From NCBI GenBank assembly GCA_030141605.1, contig JAQGDQ010000272.1:62001-126000 (forward strand): DNA of 64,000 bases. The letters are read 5' to 3'. Under the pieces are notes generated by a model. It had not been told where the DNA came from. It worked only from the letters and a program-made list of their open reading frames with translations, and did no database searches. This document shows, piece by piece, positions 34,701 to 46,800 of the stretch. The position numbers and the translations under genes are program-made. Origin of the DNA: Tubiluchus corallicola (Eukaryota; Animalia; Priapulida). Within the stretch, counting starts at the first letter, position 1. Every line of letters begins with the position of its first letter.

Positions 34701-36730
34701 CGTTGTGCACTATAATGAATTAGTAGTAGTATAAAATAGTAGTTTGCAAAGACAGTACTATGTGTCACTAGGCTATTGTTTTTATTGTTGTTGTTGTTTC
34801 CGTTGCTTTCGCCACCATTGTTGTCATCACCATAACTGCTGGCAGTGGTAGCGGTGGTAGGGTTGTGAGCAGTGCGATGTGGTTGGCTTGGTAGGCCGTG
34901 ATGGTGTACCATGATAGGATAGTATAAAGAGTTGGTGGAATTGTGTGGGTGCAGTGGTGTGTGAGTATGGATGGATGTGGTATGGATAGTATGATGCGAG
35001 TGGTAAGTGTGTTGGGTGTGGTGTGACGTGTAGGTGTGGTGAGTGTGGCGTAGGTTATCTCTGTGAGTTTAAGCGCAGATTTTTTTGCAGAATTTGATTA
35101 ACTGAAAAATTTGAAATGAATCATTCAAAAATAGCCAAACATTTGTTTGTAAAGCTTAGCTTTGTAACCTGTTCAATTTAAAACCCTGAGCTATTCAGCT
35201 GCAAGTACAAATGCCTAACGGAGTCAAGATTGTATGCATGGTGACAAAAATAATGATGATAATGCCGATGATGAGTGATGAGGAGAATGATAATCTGAAT
35301 TATAAATGCGACAACTAAGTATGTTGATGATGACGATAATAATAGCAGTGACAATGAAGTTATTGGTGATAATATTGGTGATGACGTCGATGACGACAAA
35401 AATGGCAATGATAATCAAGGATGGTGACGATGACAACTGCGGTTAATGCAATAACAATAATAATAAAGCAAAGAAGGCGATAATGTTGCTGATGAGGTTG
35501 ATACGTCTAAAAAACGGTTTTACGGTTAACATTTCAAAAATGGTTTAACGTAAGTGCAAGTTAGATCCCTAGGTGGAGAAATTTGGTTTTCAAAGCTCGT
35601 CTTACAATCTGTTCATTCAAGGATCATGGTCATTTTAACTCTGACTGGCGTGAATATACTGGCTTTCTACAATCTATATCTTTTAGATCGCACTGATTGC
35701 CCTGAGTTAGAAATGATTTTTTTTGCGAAATAAGCGTTTGATTTGTTGCTTCTGACAGGAGCTATTAAGTGGTTGAAACAACCATTCCTGTATCGACATG
35801 TTTAAACTTCTTTTTTATTTCCCAACCATCTTGCATAGACGATGATTAGCAAACCCCGATATTGGTTAATCATTAAAATAATTGCTTTTTATTTCATTAT
35901 TAGGCCTGTATATTGTAGAAGCGTTTTATAGCCAAGCATTTGTTTACCTACAGAACATGTATGTTACAGTAATTTTTCACATATAAACTAGATATTGATT
36001 TATTCTACTGCTCAAATACAATAAAGCACATCATGCAGTCAGCACAGTTTAGTTGCGATTTCTGTGCACAATTTTTAAGGAAATTATTAGTGCAGAATAA
36101 AATAAAGAAATGTGCATAAAGTGAATAATGTGAATAAAATAAAGATCTTTGTGAAACCGCTTTTTATGAAATAATTCAAAAATCTTTAAAACTGAATTCG
36201 AATTTGATTAGTATTCGAAATTCGGTTTGATTCGAGTTCGGAAATCACAAATTCGTGTTGATTCGAATTCGCTTCTGGTAGAGAATGCTCACCCCTACTT
36301 AGAATTATAATTAAGGTATGTTTTTTATGATGTTTTTATTGATACTGATTGTGTATTGCATTTAAGATGATTTAGGTGCTTAGTCATAATGAATGTCACT
36401 GTTAGTAGCTGCCTTAAGTTTACACATGATTTGCGTATATGTAGATTACTGTTGCTAATACATGATCAACGATTGTTTGGATGCCCAATTATAATTATTG
36501 ATGTAGTACCTCGCTGGAATATTGCTACACCTGTCGGAAACTCATTTCCGAAGTAAGCAAGTTAATATTTGCTCTGTACAAATAACTGTACGAAGTACTT
36601 AAAGAAAGAGTACATAATTACTTCTGTAGTTTTATTGTGTGTAGTATTTATATAGGAAACCCGTCTTATCGGAGGGGGAGAAGGGGGAGGAAGGGGACGG
36701 GGAGAAAGAATAAGTAGAGAAACATATATA

Positions 36731-36748
36731 TAGAGAGAGATAGAGAAA

Positions 36749-36832
<84 letters not shown>
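36731..36832. repeat. (GA)n microsatellite
   Basis: Long near-perfect GA run. Confidence 0.95.
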
Positions 36833-36836
<4 letters not shown>

Positions 36837-37545
36837 TATGGACATGTTTGGATAGATAAGTTATTGAAAAAGCAAACTGCAGTTTACAACTGAATAAATT
36901 TGCCTTATAAATGCTAAAAAAGAAAATTAAAATGACCCTATATATGTATATGAACTAAACTGTAATTACAAGAATGAATGAAATATAATTGCAAGTCGGC
37001 CTAAAGTTACAATTAGAATCAGTGTGTATTAAAGAAATGGAAAACTTTAAAAATTTAATAAACAAATTAAGAATAAAACTTTTAAAAAACAAAAAAGATC
37101 TGTTAGTTAGTGTCAAGTCTCTGCCACGCGCATAATAAGTTGGTTATAATTGGAACTGCTAAATATAGTTATGATTAACAGGGGGATTGTTTTGACCAGC
37201 CCTGTTATAAAAGTTTGGATATCTCCTAGAGAGGACACATGTATATTGTGTAAGAAAAAGTGTGTTGCGCTTTCCCAGAGTTGTCAAAATCTTCATAGGA
37301 GCCTTAATGTATGAGTGGAGCCGACGTGCAAATTTGCAAATGTTTAAAATCTACTGAAAAAGCTAAAAGTCATCGTCTCACAGCATCAACTCAAATTCTA
37401 AGTTAAGTGTATACTACAGTATTGTATCAAATACGCACGCACTTAGCGATGTACTTAGCTGACAAAAGCTTTGGCAAAAGTTGTAACATCTACATTTTTC
37501 TTTCAGAAAGAAAGCGAAATGAAGCTGACTTAACCGCTGCTCAGT

Positions 37546-37895
37546 ATGTTGGCATCAGCACATCATCAAAGTCGTATCTGCATCATCTACTGGATTTTGT
37601 TATATTTACGGATGTGGTCAGAAAGTCGAGCCCTGTCACTCGAACCACGAACGTTGAGCGGTGCTGGTGCTTCCTATCCAAATAATGTATACCAGGCTTG
37701 GGTGAAGATTTACCAGTCAGAGAGGGAAAAGTGGTTGTACTTGACTTCATATTACTTAGCAGTTGGAAGTGGTACAGGGAAGGATTGGATTAAGAACGGC
37801 AGCAGCCTTATTGATTATGCAGGAAGTGACAGCTTGCTCTCAGAGAGTGATTACCACGAGAATCCGGATTTACAGATGTTTCCTAGCCTAATTGG
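37546..37895 (+). CDS. Copy B coding exon 1
   Basis: Acceptor at 37505-37506; MLASAHHQSRICIIYWILLYL..TLSGAGASYP..GSGTG..DYAGSD; donor GTAAGT at 37896. Confidence 0.9.
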
Positions 37896-40800
37896 GTAAG
37901 TGAAATGATCCTTGGTGGAAATTCTGTTTAAACTATAGGTCGGAAAAGTGACTTAGGGTGATTTAGTCATTACAGTAACAGCAGCAAAGGTAGCCATAAC
38001 GACAGCAGGAGCAACATTACATAATGACAGTAGAAGTACTCTAAACCTACAACACCTGTGTGGTTTCATCATTTAACGACAGTTGCAGAAACAGGAATGA
38101 CATAATTATAAAGTTAATTGAGTAGTACTATCACCACACTATATAAAGATTAGCTTCGTCAGTAGTAGTGGAAATATAACCACCATCGGCTGTTAAATAG
38201 TTGTTAACTGTAACAGCAGCAGTAGCAGCAATATTCAACAGCAGCAATGTTAGAGGGACTGAGGCGGTAACAGAAAAAGCATCAGTAGCAAGTGCAGCAG
38301 CATATTAGCAACTACACTAATCAAGTAACCTTCAGCTAATCACACTATTACGTTAGCAAATTTGTACTTTGCACCAATAATTATTGCAACACATTTGACA
38401 GATTTCGCCAAAGTGTAGGAATCACAGAGAATCATTATAACAGTGACATGTGTAAATGACAAGTCTGCACATAGGCGGATGTCATAAGTCATAACTCATA
38501 AGTCATTTATTTCACATTACACATTTGCAATAGTTTCATGTACAATATATAGTGAAAGGGCCTACAATGAACATAATACAAATAAGCTTTTTATTGTTTC
38601 TGCGCAAGAAAAGCCTCACACACTGTTCACCCTTATACAAATATAAATGTGTTGCGGGCAATCAAAAAGCAGGGCTTGTTAGATTGTCCCACACAGTGAA
38701 AGAGAAAAAAGTAATGGAAATAATCTGAAAATTTAAAGTGAATCGTGTGATAAAAAACATTTAGTACTTAAAATGGAATGATGTAATGAATGAAGCTCAT
38801 ATATGTTTATGATAAATACTTCAGTGTTGACAGGAAAATCTGTGCACGTAGTTGCTCTTAGAGCTCTCAGAACTCTCAAAGAATTTTGCTTCTAATAAGC
38901 ACAACGATTAAATGTGCCATCCATTCTCTCAGAAGTGCAGGTTTTCCTCATTAAAAATTTAGCACTTACCCTGGGGTACCGCAGGCGAACGCACCGCGCC
39001 TCATCTTATTTACTTTTCTAACATAGACATGGCAACATGGCAAAATGTAGAAATTCATCTAAATAAAATACACTCTGCAAATCGTGTTTCCATATCAATG
39101 GAAGGGTCCACTTTAACACTAGTAATCTTCTGAGATAAAACACTAACCAGCCTAAGGTGTGTCAGCCATCCACCCCCAATGGGGGCACTGCAGCAAAAAT
39201 AATTAAGACCCAGAAGCAGTCATGTTGACGGTCGGCCATTGACCATTGAATTGTTTTTAATTTATCCAGGGTAACAGCGTATTTTTTTCAATTACCGCAT
39301 CTCATTCTGGCGTATGGGGTCCATCTTGAATTGATTTCAGAGTTCCGTACAAAACTTAAAAAGCACGCTGGTTTTTCTATTTGCTCACTTTCAACAACTC
39401 AATGCTTTTGTTAATCGCGAAATTGGTGTACCTGTGTGTAGTGTCTAACTGAAAAAATTAAAGTTGTGCTGTTCAGTTAATTAATTTTTGCTGTGAGGGA
39501 TAAAATTGTGAGACATTTTAAAATAGACTAGAAATAGATTTTAGAATAGATATAATATGTAGTATTTTACACTAAAAACTTTGAAATAATGAAGAAAATA
39601 TGTATTTCAAAATCATTTACCAAAATAGGTTTCAGTGCTTTTTCTGAAAGGACTTCTGTGACTATTAATCACTTAATTTACATGAACATATGAGAATCTG
39701 AGGATTTCCAGATTTTGTGACACCTTAGTAATAATCAGGTTTAATTCGAGGAGGACCCCATGTTATGCACAGTCTACTATAGACGAATGTTTAGCTAGTA
39801 TTATGAATAGGTACTGTAAGTACTGCGGGATGGGAAAGCCACACACCTGTCCTTCAACAAGTGCATAATTTGGAAACCAGGTTGTCGTCCTAGTTTTATT
39901 TCGACGGTTTTAGTCGGCACGTCTATAGCTATGAAGTAAAGACGTTTGCTCTGTACGTGTTACCTGCGGACTATGTAATGTGTTGCAGTTTGGCATTTAG
40001 CATTTTATATAGCTGTGATTACAGTTAAAGGACAGTAACGTTTTCGAGCAGTCTAGATACGTTGTGATACATTTTGTGCACTATCGAAATTTACAGCAAA
40101 ATGGATACTTGGGACAATTTGCTTAAAAGCCGTTATGGAGTTACTACTGTTCATGTGGAAGGTTGGACTGAATATCACCGCATAAATTTACCTGACGCCA
40201 GCCTCTGAGGAAGTTAAACCATTCTCGATGTCACCTCACCTACCTCATAGACGGGACAGTGCAGACTTCGTTTCCAGTGACGTCACCAATGATTATGTGG
40301 CATGCCAAGATATTAATGAACAGTGAACCATCTCAGCGTGGACAGGTTTTTCGGTGCACCTCCCAGGGAAAGGGTAATTAGTGAGTACCTAGTGTATTAG
40401 AATCTAATTTGTTTATCTTTAGTTGGGTTTTGCCTCGTATTTATCTGATTGCTTTTGAAAATTATCTTTTTGATCATATCATCACAAATTTGTTCATTAA
40501 ATTTTGATTGTTCTTTATACACAAAATATGTATCTTGGAGTGCGTTTCTTTGTGAACGTTTAAAAAGTATTTGAATAGTGAAAATATTATGAATAGTTCA
40601 CACTTTGTTAGCTAAACACAATAGCAGCAACTCAAGACCGACACTTAAGATCCCACTCGTGATTCGAACCCATATCTTTTGTCTCAAGGTACGCCCCGTA
40701 GAGGTACCTATGAGAAACTGATTCAGTTTCTAAACTACTTACATCTGTGTACAACTACCTCACCGCTCGGCTAGGAGTACTAGTTTGGGAATTGTTGAAG

Positions 40801-43800
40801 AAAATCTGGTTTAAATAAAGAACAGAAAACCAACAAGTAAAACCCGGCGTCACACCCCATAAACAAGGATGAGATAATCAAAAAGAGTGTGTGATTAACC
40901 TGAATTAATTAAAAACAATTGAGTTGATAGTTAGAAATTAAACAATGCCCATCCTGTCAATAATTTTTTTGATAGGTAACAGTCCCAGGATAACTGTTTC
41001 TAGGTCGTACCTGTTTCTCCCGTCGTACTGCATCTGGTTATACGACTTTCTGAGACGCCTAGTTTAGCGTCTTATCTCAGAAAATTAATTTGTATACTAA
41101 GGGGAGAGGATACTAGACACTAGAATGAGATTTACAGAGTGTATCGTATGTGGGTGAACTTTTACATTTTCCTTTGTTAATTTTAGAAACGTAAATAAAA
41201 TTTGGCATAGTGCATCCCCTACAGTACTCCAGCATTGGTCTGTGACTGTGTGATAAAACTTGATTAGGATAACCCGTCTCAAACGTTCTGCCCACTGCAT
41301 TACCAACTGACGCACACATTGTATAAAATATCTGGCAGACCCTACTGTAGATAATCTGTTCGATAATCTATTCTTTTTGATGACGATTTTGTTTTTTCAG
41401 GGCGGTTGTAGTGGTTTTTAATCTGGGTACTCATGTTCGGGCTTTGAACGTGACTCGCGAAGGCCTAGTTGGTATTTACAATGGTACAATCAAGTGGTGG
41501 AATCATTCTGCATTGCAAGCAGCAAATTCTCAGATAATACTGCCTTTCAGAAGAATTAAGGTAAATACAACGCTCATGCACAGTGTGTGGTCAATGCCAG
41601 TATGATGGAAAAGAAATTTTAGAGTAGGGAGACTAAATGGCAGAGGAAGTCGTATTTATATAACTTGTATAAATTATGTGCCGTAGTGTAACGTACAATT
41701 AGCACAATATACCAGTTTTCTAGTTTATGTTTCATACAGTCATGCACAATTAAGATGGCTATCTGCAAGGCCTTTTCAAAAGTGGCATAGCCTAAAGTAT
41801 GATGGTAGTATGGTAACACTAACACGGATAAAAATTAGCTATAAAAATTAAATCTAATGGTAGAAAACATTCTCATCTATATTCTTATAAAATCACATCA
41901 ACATTTTACACAGGTGATAGCTCGAAAAGACGTGTCAGGTACCACAGAGATATTCACGAGTGCACTGAGTGCGTTCAGTCCTGAATGGAATGCCACCTAC
42001 GGTACCTTCAATGACGGAATTGAGGACGATTGGACAATGAAATGGCCAAATGACACTATTGAATATGCTGGACAAAGGAGTATTGGAGTATCAGGGTTGG
42101 TCTTGTCCATCGAGAACACTGTGGCTTATGTGTCGCACGCTGATGCTATTGAGGTATATTATATTCAAAGACGTTTATAGTTGAGTAACTTCACATTATT
42201 GTATCAAGAACTAGTTTCTTTTGCTCAGTTGTGAATAGTAACATCTGAGTACCTGCAATGTTATTGTGTGCCATCTAAAAGCATATAATGAATCAGTCTG
42301 TGGACAACAGTTCGCTGTGGACGTTGCTGCGAGTCAAACATAGGCGTTTCAAACGGGCCTGAAAATATGACTTTGCATTATAATACTGTACTTTCATTTT
42401 CAACCCTTCAGGTAATTATATAGAGGCTGCTAAAAGTACTGTTTTTAAGTCTCAACGGACATGAAACACGGCTCTGCCCTTTTTAATAAAAATGATCGCT
42501 ACAAGTAATTTACGGACACGAATCTACTGACAGCTTTTTATATATTAAATATACAGCTACATGCATCGCACATTTCGACAAATACAGACAAATTCGGACA
42601 TATGGGTGTTAGACATTTATCTGCCAAGGGTGTTAGGCGAGCTTGGACATTGAGTACTGGACGCACAAAATCTTGTACAGAATGCTCATTAGACACAGTA
42701 AAATTTCGGCATACGAAAGTTTGAACGCAATTTAGTTTAGGAAGTTTCAACTGCTTGCCACTATCGACAAGTGCTTAATGGACGGTGTCACATTCAATTA
42801 ATACTAAAGAAGTAGTAAGTAAATGCAGAAGTTAGAAATGTGAAATGTGTTTGACACCCAGTTTCATCTATTTATTTGAATGAAGACAGACGAAGTTATT
42901 TCAAATACCTTAAACACGATGTTATTTATCTAGGTGGGTAAAGATAGCTCCTATTAAGGGTGTACCTAGAACAAATTGCAATAGAATTTCTCTATTCAGA
43001 TTCTGTTAGAATATGGTCTCAAATATTCACAACAAAAGAATCCGCCAAAATTGGTTTTGATACTTTTGAGATATAAGCATAAATCCAAGATGGCGCCTGC
43101 TGGTGCCAAAAATCGGGTGTTTCTCCTAAACCATAGTGTCTATACCTGATACCTTTGTTTTCGGGCTCTTCTTTAAGGTCAAAACCTTATTCTGCCCATA
43201 CTTTGTATCACATATAAACAAAGGAGAATTGCGTTTGCATAAAAATGAGGTGGCTTTGCACTGCTGTTTACATGTATGTGTGTCTAAGATGATGTATTTT
43301 TCCTTTAAAACAGTTTCTGCTCTTAGCATCTACGGCATCATATGTTCCATATGTTTTTTTACTCTCCTCGAGAAAGAGTTTAATTTCAAGTTCAGTCTGC
43401 TTTGCTTTTTGAAAAGTTTTTGTGTGCTCTTTGGTGAAGAAATTTTCCGCAGCAATTTTATCTATCTTGTTTATTATACGATACGCTTGTGTCAGGTCTC
43501 CCCTAATTCTCCTGTAGTTAAGTGATGGCCATGTAGGAACTCCAATCTTGTTGTTTAGTTTAGATCTTTTGTGTATCCTAATAGTTTTGATGCTCTGCGC
43601 TGTACTGCTTCCATTTTTCTCCTATCGTGGAGTTCAGTTGGGCAACAAACCACACATTTGCGTCTTACAATAGACTTGTGTAGCTAGGATAGCATCTTTT
43701 TGTCTAGATAAGTAAAGCTTCTCCGTCTCTTTGGTTAGCTTTCTTTGTCACTTCTGATATATGTCGACTTGGTTTTGGTGTCGTGTCAAATATAACTTCT

Positions 43801-46800
43801 AGGTCTTTTTCCTCTTCCCCTTCCTCTAGAACGCTTATCCTTCCATTTTTCATCATGTGGTAATTAAATTTTGGGTTCCTATTTCCATAATGAATTACTT
43901 TGCATTTTGACACATTGAAGTTTAGTTGCCAGTCTTCAGCCCGTTTACACAAATTTAGCAAGTCATTTTGTGGTTTTGCATGATCACCTTCATTTTCTTT
44001 TTGTCTGCATATTTTTGTATCATCCACAAAAATTGTCACCGTGCTTTCACTCACTACATCTGGTAGGTCATTAATGAAAATGATGAAAAGGATGGGTCCC
44101 AAGACGCTCCCTTGTGGTATACCACTGATGACATTTGCTTTGTTGCTAAGACAACCGCTAACTTTTCTTGTTGTACACGTCCCTTCAAGAAGCTTTCCAA
44201 CCATTTAAGTAGAGGGTCTTTAATTCCATATGCGTGAAGTTTTCTTAGCAGACGATCATGTGAAACTGAGTCAAAAGATTTTTGAAATCTAAGTAAAGAG
44301 TATCGATTGCTCCACCACTGTCTATGGTATCTGTCCATTCTTCTAGCACTTCTAGTAGCTGTAGGATACAGGATCTTTCCTTTCTGAATCCATATTGTTC
44401 GATGCTTAGTAAATTATTTTCCCCTAAATATTTCATCAGGTCGTCCGTATAATAGATTCTAGTAGTTTACAAATTACTGAAGTCAGACATACAGGACAGT
44501 AGTTTTCTACTTCTGATCTTATACCCTTTTTATGCATTGGAGCAATGATAGCTTCTTTCCGTTGTTTAGGTAGCTGGCTGGAGTTTACTGACTTCTGGAA
44601 GATTTTTGCGATGGGTGTTGCTACTGTACTTCTAGTTTCTTTTAAAACTTTAGAATGCACTCCATCTTTACCTGGTGATTTTCTGATATTTGGTTGTTCT
44701 ATTTTTCTTTTGACTTTCTCAACTGTGATCTTTGTTGTATGGTGTCTGTGTCCATTGCTCCGATCTTCAAGATATAGAATGCTTGTCACATCTTCAATGG
44801 TGAAAACTTCTGAAAAGAAGTTGTTTAAGACTTTTGCTTTCTCTTGGCGTCTGTGCTTGTTAATGCCCCATCTGCCTTTTTAGATCAGGTATTCCGTGTT
44901 TTACTTTCATTTTGCTTCTCACATATCTCCAGTATTGTTTGGGATTCTTTTCTAGTTTCTTGTAATGTTTCTTTCAAATTCTCGTTTTGCCCATTTGCTC
45001 GCATTGGTCGCTTTGTTCGTAACTTTTTTGTATGCTTCATAGGCGTTGCGTTGTTTTGTATGTTTTACTTTCATGAAGGAGTTTCTTTTGTGTTTCACCA
45101 TCTATAATATGTATTTGTCCATCCATTTTGGTTTGTGTAATTTAGCGCTGTAATATGTTTCCTTTTGGTATGTTTTTCTCCATGCTTCTAAGTAATGTTT
45201 CCTAGAAGTAATTGTATGCTTCTTGCGCAATTGAGTCTTGAGATTTTCATCCCAATCAGCGTTTCTAGAGGCATACTGGAGTAGTCGCCTTTATAATACT
45301 TATAGCGTGCTATAAAGTGGTTGTTTCTCGGTCTAGTAACAGTGAAATTTAAAGAGGAGTAAGCTGTGATCGCTGAATCCAAGGGGGAAACAATTTCCAC
45401 ATCCGAAACCATAGCTTCTTCGTTGGTTAAATTTAGGTCTAGAATATTAGGTTCTTGGTTCACCCTGCATCTAGTGAGTTGGTCTACGTGTTGGAACAAA
45501 AAAAGGCTTCTAGACATCTAATAAACTTTGAACTAGAGTGGTGTTCTCCTCTGGTTTGATGACATGTTTTCTTATTCTATCTCTGGTAACTCGATTTTTT
45601 ATCTACAGTGTTCTTTATTAGCCATACTATTTTTTCGTTATCATCTGCTATGTTACAAGGACTTCTGTAAATATTTCTTACCAGAAGTGTGTTAGTATTT
45701 TTAGCTTAATTTGACACCATAATTTCTAAATGAAAAATATTTATTATTAACTGATAGGAACTGACAACTAGCGCGATGGACTTAAGTACACGCTAAGACA
45801 GCTACATGAATACGGTTTACGACACAATCTTAAAGGTATCGTAAGACAATGAACCTAAGTGCATAAATTTACTATGCGTACATTAATTTGTCCCCTGGAT
45901 GCTAAAAACAGCTACTTAGTCCAAGTCATCCGTAACGCCTAATTGCAGTGAAACAGACGCAGTATGGAAATGCTCACATAACAAATTTCCTCATTGTTAC
46001 AGTAAAGCGGTTATATTACTAACTAACGTTATAGTTATTTATTGTAAAATTTCTTGCAAAACTACGCTTCAAGTATATACGTGAAATCGCAAAAGATAAT
46101 CATATGTAATTTGCGCTCCCAATTCTTTGTAAAGTGTGCAACTTGCAAGCGTTGACTTAAATTTATTGCTAATTTTTCAGAGTGGCCTTCGATTAGCCGC
46201 AGTTGAATCACGATCTGGTGAAATGGTCTTTCCGACAGCAGAGTCAGTACGTAAAGCGGCGGTAGATTATAAGGACGCTTTCACACCACATTTTACAGCT
46301 CAGATTGTGAATCCGCCCAGTGGCAATGCTTACCCCATCAGCGGTAAAATGTGTAATATAAAAGTGGTTTAAATACTAGAACTTAAAAATGTCAAAGTCT
46401 CTAATTCGAGTGATACTTTTTGATTTAGTAATAAGGAGCTGTCGTAATAAGAAGCACCCTGAATATGAAATAGATTTGTAATTGCCATTTAACATACTTA
46501 GCTCACTAATATAATGACTAACATGACATGCTATGCAATATTTTCAACTCTTCAACTCAGCATAAAAAACAGAGAAATAGAGAGAAGAAAACAAAAAGAA
46601 AGAAGTAGAAGAGGGTAAAAACAAAAAAGAGAGAAAGAAAGGAGACAAAAGAAAAAAGGGATAGAGAGAAAGTGGAAAAGGGGAAGGGGAACAGAGGGAG
46701 AGAGAGAAAGAGATGAATGGGAGGAAAAGAGAGAAACAGTGTGCACAAGATTCATCGTCAATAGCTAAGGTATGTGTACTTAAAATTGAATCAGAAAAAT

